From: Rhina ancylostomus
Lineage: Eukaryota
Reading direction: 5' to 3'
Length of the DNA stretch: 64,000 nucleotides
Assembly: GCA_030265395.1 (NCBI GenBank)
Contig: JARFYF010000022.1
Coordinates: 36,814,184-36,878,183 of the forward strand
Shown: piece after piece, positions 1 through 12,300 of the stretch
How the letters are laid out: the number at the start of each line of letters is the position of its first letter
Position numbering within the stretch: the stretch's first letter is position 1
Program-made: the position numbers and the translations under genes
Notes under the pieces: model-generated
Told to the model about the DNA's origin: nothing
What the model saw: the letters and a program-made list of their open reading frames with translations, nothing else
Databases searched by the model: none

Positions 1-797
1 CTGAGACACATTCATACCCTGCAAACCCATGTTCATTAGTCCCACAACCAGGTCTTCTTTTCCTCACAAAACTCAAAAGCAGTCACATACAGGTTACTAT
101 TCAAGTGGAAAAAAAACAAAGAACATTGCCAGATCTGCCCCATAAAAAGTAGACAGGGCTCCAAAAAAACCATTAGAAAACAATCAATGTTCATCCACAT
201 CATTTCCAGCTGTAATGAAAAGAAATCCCACAACAAAATTTAAAATTAAATAGAATAATTTACTCATGTACAGTAAAACTCCATTAATCTGGCACCCATC
301 CGTTTAAAACTCCTGATGGTCTGGAAATTGGTTCACTCATTAGTCTGCAATGTGAGCTGGGGATCCAATTTGCAAAAGTGGGGTGTCCAACCAGTCCTGG
401 AGATGGACTGTGGCTTGGGCCATGGTGTGGATTATCGGCTGTGTGTGTGACTGGAGCTGGGATTGGGTCCAGAACACCATAGGATGGAACATGGGTGGGT
501 CTGCAGCCGGAGCAGGAGTCCAGTGTGCTTGTGTATTTCCCACTCCTTTTAAACTCACTAGCTTCACTGGAAAATGTATTATACAACTTTTATCCTAGCT
601 TTGTCTTCTGTCAAACACTGTCAGAAACATTCAAAGGGTTGGACTTCTGCAACACAAGACGTGTTTGCTCTTTGGATCTTGCTACCCAATTCAGATAGTG
701 AACTCCAGAGGCTACTTAGATCTTGCATTGTGCATTGGAAAGTTCATATAGGTGCAAGAGTTTGGAGATCCTGACTGATGGATCCAGATGGTAGGCC

Positions 798-1207
798 TGT
801 CATGGTTCTGAGTTCTGGCCCTCAATTTGGCTCCATTAATGCCTTGTTGTCCAGCACATGGATTCCATGCNNNNNNNNNNNNNNNNNNNNNNNNNNNNNN
901 NNNNNNNNNNNNNNNNNNNNNNNNNNNNNNNNNNNNNNNNNNNNNNNNNNNNNNNNNNNNNNNNNNNNNNCCTTTAGGTATACTTTGGTTCCAGTTGCTT
1001 AGAGTAGGTTTACTCTAGAGCAGTCCTGTGTTCTCTATTCCTTTGTGTAGATCCAGTTCGTGTTGGGATTCCTCTTCTGATCTCCGAGGCAAGATTCCTT
1101 CCAGTTACCGCCTGTGTTGGTCCTGAGGAAGTACCCTGACTCCAGTCTTGTATCAGTGTGCTGTGTTTGGGTTCTCTGTGAGTGTGCTTCAGATCAACAT
1201 TGTGACA
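798..1207 (+). mobile_element. Solo LTR (family copy 1)
   Basis: TGTCATG...GTGACA termini and 5-bp TSD AGGCC (793-797, 1208-1212). Reverse complement of copies at 6683, 10787 and 37082. Strand is the inferred LTR sense. Confidence 0.8.
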
Positions 1208-2604
1208 AGGCCTGATCCAACAACATCTGGCCCATTGTGTAATTTAGAAACAAGACATAGGGAACAAGTATACAATGCACACATAACAGATAAACCACCA
1301 TGTACAACTGACAATACATAATGAACAAAATTCAATTAGAAAATGGAACATCTGCATCAATATAGAATACACATGCAGCCCACAAAATACGTATATAAAA
1401 TTCACCATACAGAATATGTCAATACAAGTACATTTCACTTACATTAGAACAAAATTATTTCATTGAGTGAAAGGAAAACTAAATGTCCTGAAGGCTCAAA
1501 ACATCTTTATTATGGTTTTATTTTCCAATATTTGATTAAATGGAGTGGAGTGAGGTGCTATCAAAGGAACCATGGTGAATCATTTAATTTGTGGATAATG
1601 TAGCACAGTACACAGATAATTGATGAAAGGTGATGGGAATACCATTCAGACAGGTTGATCTGCCCTGGATGGCCTTGTATTCCGTGAGTGGTGGTACATC
1701 TGCATCCTCAGGCAATGAGAATGTTCTATCATATTCCTGAACTAAGTCTTGTAGATGCAGGTGGCAGTCAAAGGTTAGAGTATAAGTTATTCAGCAGTGA
1801 TAATTCAGCCGCTGATGTCCCTTTGGTACCTGGCTGCTATTACTGACAGATCAAGAAATCATCAATAAATACCTCCTCTGTTGCCCTTAGAAGTGAGGAA
1901 AGACCATCAATGATACCATTTGGGAAAGATGAACTGTGCTACTTCCATGATCAACTATATTCATGGTACAACACCATGAGCATAACAAGAAATGCGCTTA
2001 CCAACATATTCAGAATCCGTATATAAAGAAAAAAAGTTCTGACTCCTTTTACTAATGTAAAATGAGTCTACTATACTATCTTAATATCCTAGAGAAATAC
2101 AAAAAAGAACACTCTCACACCACAAAACACGTACAATACAAAATGTTCATTGAATTCCTTAAGCATGACATAATTCAGTGCACAAGATACAAAACATGCA
2201 TCAAAGAGCAACAGCTCCTCAAAGAAAAAACTACTTGTGCACTGCATGTGATGCAAACTAACACGTCCTTGCCAAGTGTTAATGATAGTAAAATCCATCT
2301 TGTATTTCTGATGACATTCAGAAACTAAAATGACTTTTCTTTTGCAGGATAACATATCATCTGAATCCCTTGATACCACCCTGCAATCCATTCCCGGGCA
2401 GTTATTAATACAGTTTTGTGTGACACTGAAATTGATATACTACAACAGTAACTGTAACGACCTCTGAAATATAGAGTCTGTGTGATTGGCACTGTGGTCC
2501 GTATAGCAGAAGTATCTGTTGGCGTGCTCAGGAGTCCCCTGGGAAACTGGCCCTCAGCTCTATTCAGCAGTAAAATTTAATCATCTCTGTCGAAAAGCAT
2601 GAAG

Positions 2605-2810
2605 GCTGTGTGTGTGTTGTTCGCCTGTTCTGTAAATGCACATACAAACATATGCCTATATATGTATATATGTGCTTGCATTGGCATGTATGTGTGTCTA
2701 CATTTTGTGTAAGTCTATGTATCTGTGTGAGGGAATGCGTCAATGTGTACATTAAGGACCAATGTGTACATTTGTATATATACCCGTATGCAGTTGTGTT
2801 TTGTGTCAAT
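2605..2810. repeat. Degenerate (TG)/(TA) low-complexity tract
   Basis: Runs such as tgtgtgtg and tatatgtatata. Confidence 0.6.
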
Positions 2811-3493
2811 CGTTGGGTTGTCAAATCGCCAGTCTTTCTTTCAGCCTAAAATCCGCTGCCTTTTCACAATCTTAAACTTGGCCTCAAAAATGCCCTGGAC
2901 TGGAACAGTAAAGCATCTCTATTTATGAGCAGTATTGTGTTTTTTTAGCTGGGAGTGCACCTCCATGTAGGTGCGTCTCATGAAACAACCTTCTGACAGC
3001 TGTCACGGTTTCTAGGACGGCGCACGGTGCCTGAAGGAGGCGGTGATGGTGTTTGGGGTGGTGGGGGGGGGTGGGGGTGGTGGTGGTGGGGGCGCGNNNN
3101 NNNNNNNNNNNNNNNNNNNNNNNNNNNNNNNNNNNNNNNNNNNNNNNNNNNNNNNNNNNNNNNNNNNNNNNNNNNNNNNNNNNNNNNNNNNNNNNNGGGG
3201 GTGATGGTGGCGAGGACCTGAATTCACGGCTGCGCAGCGTTGCTGCCAGCGGAGAGCAGTGAGCTCCTCCTTCCAATGCGCTGTCTTTTCTTTCTCTCGC
3301 TCGTCTCCTTCCAGCAGCGCCGGCCTCCACCGAGCCGAACAATGTAAATGCAACACCTGATCGATCAATACCGAAGCTGTGTGATCCGTTTGCTCTGGAG
3401 AGGTGGTGGTTAAACCTGAGCCCGGGGAGAAGGAGAAAGGTCGGCGTTGGGGGGAGGAAAGAGGCGGGGAGAAGGCGGAGGGGCGGCGGACAG

Positions 3494-3520
3494 ATGCCTG
3501 GCCGCTGTCCGCGGTGCTGA
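3494..3520 (+). promoter_or_regulatory. 8-codon uORF (MPGRCPRC*) in frame with, and ending directly before, ATG 3521
   Basis: ATG CCT GGC CGC TGT CCG CGG TGC TGA|ATG ATC read directly. Assumes the transcript starts upstream of 3494. Confidence 0.55.
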
Positions 3521-3521
3521 A
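3501..3521 (-). promoter_or_regulatory. RE1/NRSE (REST-binding) element overlapping the upstream ATG
   Basis: Reverse complement reads TTCAGCACCGCGGACAGCGGC versus consensus TTCAGCACCnCGGACAGnGCC; both half-sites are exact with the canonical 2-bp spacer. Confidence 0.85.
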
Positions 3522-4174
3522 TGATCAGCTCAGTGCACGTCTCCACCTCCCGCGGCAGCACACCAGGGAAGCGACCTCCCTCCGCGACATGTCTGATCGA
3601 GGAGATGGGCAAGGGCGACGACAACGATCGCATCGTGATAAACGTGGGAGGGACTAGGCACGAAACGTACCGGAGCACCCTGAAGACCCTGCCCGGCACT
3701 CGGCTGGCATGGCTCACCGAGCCCGGCGCCTTCGCCAATTTCGACTACGATCCCAAGGCGGGCGAGTTCTTCTTCGACCGCCACCCGGGGGTCTTCGCTC
3801 ACATCCTCAACTACTACCGCACGGGCAAACTGCACTGCCCGGCCGACGTGTGCGGACCCCTGTACGAGGAGGAGATCGCCTTCTGGGGCATCGATGAGAC
3901 TGACGTGGAGCCTTGCTGCTGGATGACTTACCGGCAGCACCGAGACGCCGAGGAGGCTCTGGACAGCTTCGAGTCTCCCGATCTCAACAGCGGCGATGGT
4001 GACGGCGGCGGCGGAGGAGACGGGGTCGGGGACTCGGAGGACGAGCTGGACACCAAGCGCCTCGCCCTCGGAGACTGTTCCCCTGAAGCCGGAGCGAAAG
4101 CCGGCTGGTGGAGGAAATGGCAACGCCGCATCTGGGCTCTCTTTGAAGACCCCTATTCCTCTAAATATGCACGG
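3521..4174 (+). CDS. KCNC1: Kv3.1 coding exon 1: 28-aa N-terminal extension (ATG 3521), canonical start (ATG 3605), T1/BTB tetramerisation domain
   Basis: Translation [26 protein letters not shown]...[36 protein letters not shown]...[21 protein letters not shown]...[19 protein letters not shown] and PLYEEE are Kv3.1-type; T1 Zn ligands (H, C, CC) intact. Phase-0 donor CGG|GTAAGG at 4174/4175. 3605-4174 is 570 nt, matching the mammalian exon as I recall it. Confidence 0.97.
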
Positions 4175-6682
4175 GTAAGGGAAAAATACTCAACATGGCT
4201 CTGCAGCATTTACATCTGAACTACATCTCAAGAACCTGTTGGTCAAATGAATGGGGAGGGGGAGTTCAATATCTAGAAACACCTTAAATTAATGAATGTA
4301 AGGAACAAGTTTCCATTGAATTAATATCGTTAGCAGCAAGAAACAACAGAGATTTGGGGAGGCGCGGGTGGTGTGGTTAAACTGGGAGATATGTGTGGAA
4401 GGGAGAACCAACGGTGCAAACTACATGGAGTGCTTGGGAATGCAGAATCATTGTATGAGGATTCTAGGAGAACCAGACTGCGATCCTGTACCTCCCGCTT
4501 TGGTACAGCGAAATGAGAAGATTGCAGACTGCAGCAGGTTTATGAAACCAGGTCGTGGTTGTAGCAAAACTGCGTGGACTACTAATAAATGTAACCTCAC
4601 CCGGCACATACTGTGGGTCGAGGTGTCAGATATGTGGTTCAGATGAGCGCAAAAGTCAATTTTTCAGCACCTGGTGACCTTTGCCGAGGGACTGTCTTCC
4701 TGTGGGAATTTTAAAAAAAGATACAAATATCGCGAATTGTCATTTAAATTGGTATGTTTGTTGGACGGGTTTCAAGCATCTGGGTATACTGGAAAGGGGT
4801 TCGTTTTATTTCGGAGAACTAGTCCTTCTGATCCAAGCCACGGAGATTACGCACAGCAGGAGTGCGTTTCAATTTGGGGCTCATTGATATTCCATAGGCG
4901 CACACGGTGGGTGCAGACTGCAGAGGAATCCAAGAGTCGCCACTGTAAACTCATGTCCTGGTTTTAAATACATTTGAAAAAAAATTATGGATCTCACTGA
5001 AAGGAGACAATGAATCACGACACCGTGCTTCTGTTTTTTTAGAAAGAAAAAGAAACTCGGGCTAGAAATAGCAAGACTAACACCACAATGTTTGCTGCAA
5101 AGACCCAAGCACCATTACAGTAAAAACATCCACAAGTGCCAGTGTACATTTCAGCAGTTCTACAGTTTGAGAGATTTAACGTAAAATTGCTGGTATTTAT
5201 TTATCCAGTCTTAAAGCTCCTGAGAGCCACTGTGATGAGGCCCCGGCTTTAAAACCTTTTTTTTTGTTATTGTTGTACAAGATGTTGTGATACATTAATA
5301 TCGCTGACCTCAGAAAATGAAGGCTATCGATTTGCAGATTATTTGGAGACTGATGGCAGTGTGCATGTTCCGGACAAGCACTCAAACAACTGAAACACCT
5401 TAGCTCTCAAAGAATAAAACCACTTATTTCAGATTTGATCAGAATCAGATTTCTGCTAGGGTGATATATTCAGTGCAAAATTAGTAACGGGATTAACTAA
5501 CAATGCAACCGATATTGAAGTGCCGCATCTAATTCACGTTCTCCAGCTGATGTGCTAGCACACAGAATGTTTATTTCGCTGGTTTCTGAACGAATTTAGG
5601 TACGGTTACAGGGATATGGGAGAAGGCAGAAAAACATATAGTGAAACAGATAGCATGGAAACAAACATGTATGCATATATCCTATATATCTCTAGTTATT
5701 CGCAATATTTTTACATACTACTTGTTGGATTATGTACAGCCTAGTGTCATTCCTTCTCCTTCCCATGCATAAAGGTCCATCCCGAACAAAGCAGATCAAC
5801 CCTTGTATGTGTTTGTATGGAAGGTTCGTTCACCAGAGACACTGGGATGTTTTTTCCTAGATGTCTAATGTGATTCCTTCCGTTGTTATTTCAAGGTACA
5901 GTTCCTCTCATGCATCTACCTCTCACTGCACCAGAAACATGTTTCTGCGTGTTGTTTTACTGTACTGCCTCACAGAAATCTTGGAGAAAGGCACCAAGGG
6001 GCAAGGTCGAGGGTTTCAGGAAGCAGCGAGTGTTTCCTCGATGCTCCAGCAGGTGGTACCTGGTACCTGGCACTACGTCCGATTTTCCTGAAATCTCTGC
6101 AGTGGGAAAGGCGAATAGCTGATTAAACCAGCCGCAGAACAGACAACGTCGTCGCCCAGCAGCAATTCTTTGAAGCTTGGAAGTTAACCCTTTGGTTTGA
6201 TGCATTGCTCAGACAATGATGCCAGCATTTGACCTTGAATCTAAAATAATGCGCCTGCTTGAACATTGCATAGGCCAAGAACGAGACTTGCCCTATAGAT
6301 TGTCCACAAAATGTTGCTGGAACTAGTATGGATTCTTTATCCCAAGACATTAGGAACAAATGACCTTGATGGGCAGAATGCCCAACATCAACCAGAGAGG
6401 GTTCTTTTTAGTAGCAATGTAACAGTTACCTGGGGTTAGTTAACGCAATGTTGTAGATAGCATACAGGAGGGAATGTCCATTCAGTGCGAGGAACAAAAA
6501 TAAGGGAAGAGTTTGACGATGAAGGCATAAATGATAATATGGATGGACCTCTCCAGAATCAATGTTTATAATTAATTCCACATTTAGTGAGCGCCTAAGA
6601 GCGTTTACATTGAATTGTTTTGCTGTCTGTCGCATTTTCATGGTCTTCTTATTCTTGAATGAATTCAAAATTCACTGGGGAC

Positions 6683-6784
6683 TGTCACAATGTTGATCCA
6701 GAGCAAGCTCACAGAGAACCCAAACGCAGCACACTGATACAAGACTGGAGTCAGGATACTTCCTCAGGACAAACACAGGCAGTA
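6683..6784 (-). mobile_element. Solo LTR (copy 2, other end lost in a gap)
   Basis: tgtcacaatgttgatccagagcaagctcacagagaacccaaa...gatacaagactggagtcagga is nearly identical to the start of the 10787 copy. Confidence 0.7.
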
Positions 6785-7784
6785 NNNNNNNNNNNNNNNN
6801 NNNNNNNNNNNNNNNNNNNNNNNNNNNNNNNNNNNNNNNNNNNNNNNNNNNNNNNNNNNNNNNNNNNNNNNNNNNNNNNNNNNNNNNNNNNNNNNNNNNN
6901 NNNNNNNNNNNNNNNNNNNNNNNNNNNNNNNNNNNNNNNNNNNNNNNNNNNNNNNNNNNNNNNNNNNNNNNNNNNNNNNNNNNNNNNNNNNNNNNNNNNN
7001 NNNNNNNNNNNNNNNNNNNNNNNNGGTGAAGGTGGGTTGCAGATAAGATTGGGATTGTTGGGAGAGAGGCACATTAGTTCCAACGTCATGCATGTGACTA
7101 GCCTCTCATTATTCTCAGGCCACTTAACCAAACAACTCCTTGCCACGGATGCCTCTTTAAAGGAATATTAATGTTGAAATTGGATCATGCAATAGGTCAC
7201 CTGGTATCCCTTCACCCTGGGAACCTTGGATCAAAACCAAGCAGATTTTTTGAGAGAAAAGTCAACTCTCAGCTTTGACCCTGCATAGAATTGAAGTGAC
7301 AGTCCAAGTACTGGTGCTGTTGGTGCCCAAAGCACATGGCTGATAGTAATTCTGTTCTAAAACACCAAAGTAGAGAACATTAGAGGGCAGAAATAACACC
7401 TTTTTATGTATTCATGTGGACATCACCAACAAGGCCAACATTTCTCAGCATTCCTAATTTCTTTTGAGATGGCAGTTGTGAGCCACTTTTTGAAGCAGTG
7501 CAATAGATACCATAAAGGTTCTCACACAATATTGCAGGGTAGAGTGTTCAAAGACTTTGAAACTATTACCTTTCATAATGGTATTCTCTTAAATCCATAT
7601 TGCTTACTTCTACTGTGTTTCTATTCACCATGCAATGAGTTGCCAAAAATGCACACAGTATATCAAAATAATTAAACCTCCTGTATAAATTTATGTTCTG
7701 CTTGTTGCATATTTAAGGCACAATTTATGAAACTACAGCTTCTGTTTTTATTTCTTATGATGTTTCTCTTTGCACTGACATAAA

Positions 7785-8110
7785 GTCATAGATTTAGCAA
7801 GGAAACAAGCCCTTCAGCCCACTGAGTCTGTGCTAACCATTAAGCACTGATTTTCACCAATCCTCCACTAATTGAATTTTATTCTCCCCACATTCCCATC
7901 AACACTTCCCAGATTTTATCACTCATTGACACACATCAAGTAATTGACAGTAGCCAACTAACCTACCAACCCTCCATCTTTGGGATGTGGGAGAAAACTG
8001 GAACACCCAGAGGAACTCTGTGCTGTCACAGGAGGCACCTCAGGTCAGGACTGAACCCAGATTCCTCAAGCTGTGAGGCTGCAACTGTACCAGCTCTACT
8101 AGCTGCATGA
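7785..8110 (-). mobile_element. tRNA-derived V-SINE (HE1-like)
   Basis: Reverse complement of the 61720-62180 element (tgggatgtgggagaaaactggaacacccagagg; gaacccag B-box-like motif; LINE-like tail). Confidence 0.7.
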
Positions 8111-9479
8111 CTGCCTTTCTTAATGGATGTGCACCGTAAGCCAGTGTTCATTTATCTGCCCTGCTGCATTTGAAATTTAATTATTTATGATTACTCTTGT
8201 TTATTTCCAAAATATACAACCTCACATTTTTCTATATTAAACTGTATTTGCTATCCGATTGCCATTCCTCAAGACTGTAATCTTCATTGCAGTCTGGGAT
8301 TCCCTCAAATTGTGTTACTTCCACCTCCCCCAATTCTCCCCACCTCCAAGTTAAAACAGTATGTGAGTCAATCTTTTACTTCGTTGTACCCAGGGAGTCA
8401 AGGCCAGCTATAGTCTTGAGGTGACATGAGATTTAAAGGGTAAGAAATTTCTGACCAAGGTATGCAAAGGTAACTCAGTCACCATTTTAAAAGCATAAAT
8501 ACGATGTTTTATTGTTGTGTTCACTCTTTGATTTCACTATTATTTACATAATATAGTGCCTCTGTTTTGCATTTCCGAATTTCTTAGCTTGTACTGCAAA
8601 AAAATACTTTTACACCAACAAACTCAATTGAAGTGACTATTTTGCAGGAAAGTGCATTTACAGTGGAATTAGTTCATACAGGCAGTTTCCATTATAACTA
8701 GGAATTGATAATGGGAAAATCAATAGAAAAAATATAATGAAGCTGAAAATATATTGACCACAAATACAGACAATCCCAGCATCACCCTTGTAAGGCACTA
8801 CTCATACTCTTTCAGTCTGAAAAACTACCTTACTCCTTTATCTCCATTTACCTACCTATTTGGCAATATTCCTCTTAATTTTGCATGAATTTATCTTTGC
8901 CAAGCACCTCCCATGTGACTCCTTACCAATGCTTTTAGAACATCCATAGAAAATTACTTCCACGAGATTTCCTACATTTATCCCCTTATGTTATTTCAAA
9001 GAGTTCAATTACACCAAGAATGATTTTCTTTTCAGAAAACTGCAGTAATTGATCCCAATTAGCTTGTTTAACCTCCATTGTAGACTGAAGCCCAATGAAC
9101 AAAGTTGGAACTTTGTCATCCCCAGTCTCCTACCAAAGTTCTACTTCACCAAATATTTTGCAACATTTGACTATCCTGTTATTTGCTAAATCGTTGTCTC
9201 CATTTCTCCCGAGTTATTTCATCTTCATTTTTTTTTCTCTTTAGCCTTTCAATTTGTTAATAGACTTATAACAGATTTTTTTTAAACATTTCCTGCACTG
9301 ATCATATTTTTCCCCATTTCGTTCTGACCCCACAGATTTAACCATCTCACTCTAGTGGTTTGTCAGCCATAAGTTTGAACATGTTCTTCATTACCATCTC
9401 TTGAATTAAAATGAACCGACCTAAACACCTTCCATTGACTTTACAATCCTGATATTCACTTCCTTTCTTGAAACAAAGG

Positions 9480-12300
9480 TAAAGTGTTTCCAGAACACAA
9501 GAACAGAAGAAAATAGGAGCAGGAGTAGGCCACTTGGCCCCTCAAACCTGCCCCACAATTCAATATGATCATGGCTGATCTGCACTGGCCTCAACTTCTC
9601 TCCCATGCCGGTTGCCCATAACGTTCAATTCCTCAATCTTTCATAAAATTATCGACCTGCATCTTAAATATTTTAAATACCACAACCTTCTAGAGTACAG
9701 AATTGCAGAGATTCACCACCCTCAGTGAAAAGAAATTTCTACAGACCTCCATTTTAAATGACAACCTCCTTATATTCTAATTATGTTTCTTTGTTTTTCA
9801 CTCTTCAGTGCCAACTTGTCTCCATTTTTCAAATGACTATTACTTTTATCTTTAATATCCTATTACTATGACAGTGACTTTAAATACCATTTTTCTTAGC
9901 TCAGTTTTAGCTTGTCTAATGGGGGTGTATTGATAGATTTCTTGATAATTGCCATTTTGAACAACCTCTTCCCCATGTCTACAATCATAGGTCACTTGAC
10001 CTCTCATTCCCACTCCATTATTCAGTAAAATCATGGCTTATCTTTTACCTCAGTGCCACTTTCCCACACTAATGCCATTTCTCTTGATTCCTTTAATATC
10101 CACACATTGAATCAATCTAACCATGTACTGAAAAAACTCTGCAGCTGAACCTTCATTGCACTCTTGGGTAGAAGGTTCACTACCTTCTTGAAGAAATTTC
10201 TTTTCACCTCAGTCCTCAATGGCCAATTTCTTATCTTGGGACTGTAACACCTGGTTCCAGACACTTCAGTCATGGGAAAAGTCATCCCCAAATATACTCG
10301 GTCAAGCCACATAAAAACTTTCCACGTCTAAAAAAATATAGGCTTAGTTTGAATAATCTCTCCTCACAAGAGAAACACACCATCCCAGGAATCAACCACC
10401 TAAACCTTTATTTCATTTCCTCTAAAGCAAATATATCCTCTGTTAGCTAGGGAGATCAGACATGTACAAAATCTTCCTTATTTGGCCTCAACAAAGCCCA
10501 AAATGACTGGAGCAAGACATCTTTGCTCCTCTACTCAAATCCTCATGCAATAAAAGCCAACATATTGGTTAACTTCATAATTGTTTGATATGCTTGCACA
10601 TAAGTTTTCAGTGATGCATGTACAAGGTCATGCAGGTCCCACTGAACACCAGTGTCTTTCAAACATTTATATTTAAAGACACACTTTTCTACCATAACAG
10701 ATAACATGTTTCCACATTATATTTCACCTCCCATGTCCTCACTAGTCACATTGCTTGTCCATAACCCCCTGAAGACTCTCTACCTCTGTCACAATGTTGA
10801 TCCAGAGCAAACTCACAGAGAACCCAAATGTGGCACACTGATACAAGACTGGAGTCAGGATNNNNNNNNNNNNNNNNNNNNNNNNNNNNNNNNNNNNNNN
10901 NNNNNNNNNNNNNNNNNNNNNNNNNNNNNNNNNNNNNNNNNNNNNNNNNNNNNNNNNNNNNTGGAATCCATGTGCTGGACAACAAGGCATTAATGGAGCC
11001 AAATTGAGGGCCAGAACTCAGAACCATGACAACCTCATCCTCAAATCTGCTATCAGGAAACTTAAATATTACACCGATCTAAATTGCTAACATAAACTGT
11101 GAATAGCTGGAGCCCCAATACCAATTTTCATGGCATCTCACTGGTCACAGCTACCTATTCCAAAAAAAAATCCATTTATTCCTATTATCAGTTTTCTGTC
11201 CAGTGTCAAAATTTAGTCCAAGGCAGTATATTATTGCATTCTAATGTGCTCTAACTTTGTTTAATAACCTCTTTCATGGCATCTTATAGAAATCCTTCTG
11301 AAAATCCATTGGTTCCCTTCGCCTATCCTGTTAGTCTAATAAATTTGTCACACATTCTTCCAAGTTGACTGCCCAAACCTATTTTCTAAGTGTTTGTTAC
11401 CATGACCATTGACCCTACCACTGACTGTCCAACTGGTCTGTAGACATTAACTTCCTCTCTCCCCTTTTTCTTAAAAATGAGTTACATTTGCTGCCTTTCA
11501 ATTTGGGGGTTAGGTTTTTAAGCTTTGGTTCTCCGTTTTTTAAATTCTGCTAATTTCATTCAGCTTCTGATTCACTTTAGACCTATTCTCTCCATTATCT
11601 GCAGGAGGCTGTCTGAGTCCTTTGTCGTGAAAATGGATTCAAGATATCTGTTTGATTTCTCTGCCATTTCCTCATTTTCCAGTCTAATTTCTCGTTTCTC
11701 AGAATGTAAGGGATCCACATTAACTGGACTAATCTTTTCCCTTTTAGATACCTACAGACCCATATACAGTCCGTTTTCTTGCCACTTTCTTATCAATTTC
11801 TTGGCCTTCCTTTGTTGAATTCTGAATATTTCCCCATCGTTAGGTAACCTACACTTTTTAACAACAGTATATTCCTTTTCTCTTGCTCCAACACGAGCTC
11901 ATTAGCTATGGCTAGACCATCTTTCCCATTGTTTTGTTTCATGTCTTAAAGGGATGTAAATGTTTCTTGTAAACAATATATAAAGTTAATAATTGTTGGC
12001 CATTACTTGTTTACCTTTTAATATAGTTTCCCAATATACCATAGCCTATTTATGTTTCATAGTTTGCTTTCTTTAGATTTAAGTCCCTAGATTCAAACTG
12101 AACTAAATCAATTTTAATTTTCACATAAAATTCTATCATGTTACAATCACCCTTCTCTAAAGGCCTCTTAACTCAAATAATTAATTAACCCTTTCTGATT
12201 GCACAAAATTATATCTAAAATAGCCTATTCCCTCATTGATTCAATAATGAACTGCCATATACAAAAAATCTTATCCATTCCATGAAATTGTTTTCCATGT
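9480..12300 (-). mobile_element. Degraded CR1 LINE fragments
   Basis: CR1 3'-end signature (ggagcaggagtaggccacttggccc). Minus-strand ORF 10112-10312 ...KIRNWPLRTEVKRNFF..VVNLLP resembles the CR1 ORF2 C-terminus. Confidence 0.65.
10787..11031 (-). mobile_element. Solo LTR (copy 3) inserted in a CR1 fragment
   Basis: TGTCAC...CATGACA termini and TSD ACCTC (10782-10786, 11032-11036); internal gap. Confidence 0.8.

Larger units (their letters stand above)
3010..4180. promoter_or_regulatory. GC/CpG-rich island over the 5' region and exon 1
   Basis: Dense CpG and high GC against an AT-rich, CpG-depleted background; G-rich tract 3040-3096 runs into an assembly gap. Confidence 0.75.

Noticed and set aside
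271-560. TA-flanked CAGTAAAACTCC possible Tc1/mariner (Tigger-like) end; a similar end lies near 13045-13070
   Set aside because: No matching partner inverted repeat found, so not called.
2923-4131. Long antisense ORFs (271 aa and 197 aa) over exon 1
   Set aside because: Expected shadow of GC-rich coding sequence, one inflated by an N gap; no recognisable domain.
3521-4174. Calling the gene KCNC4 because of the MISSV... N-terminus
   Set aside because: T1 residues, the exact Kv3.1a tail and both Kv3.1b exons identify KCNC1.
4175-4219. ORF continuation [14 protein letters not shown]
   Set aside because: Read-through of a canonical GTAAGG donor into intron 1; homology stops at YAR.
4663-4680. 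Second RE1-like sequence TTCAGCACCTGGTGACC in intron 1
   Set aside because: Only the left half-site matches; GGACAG is absent.
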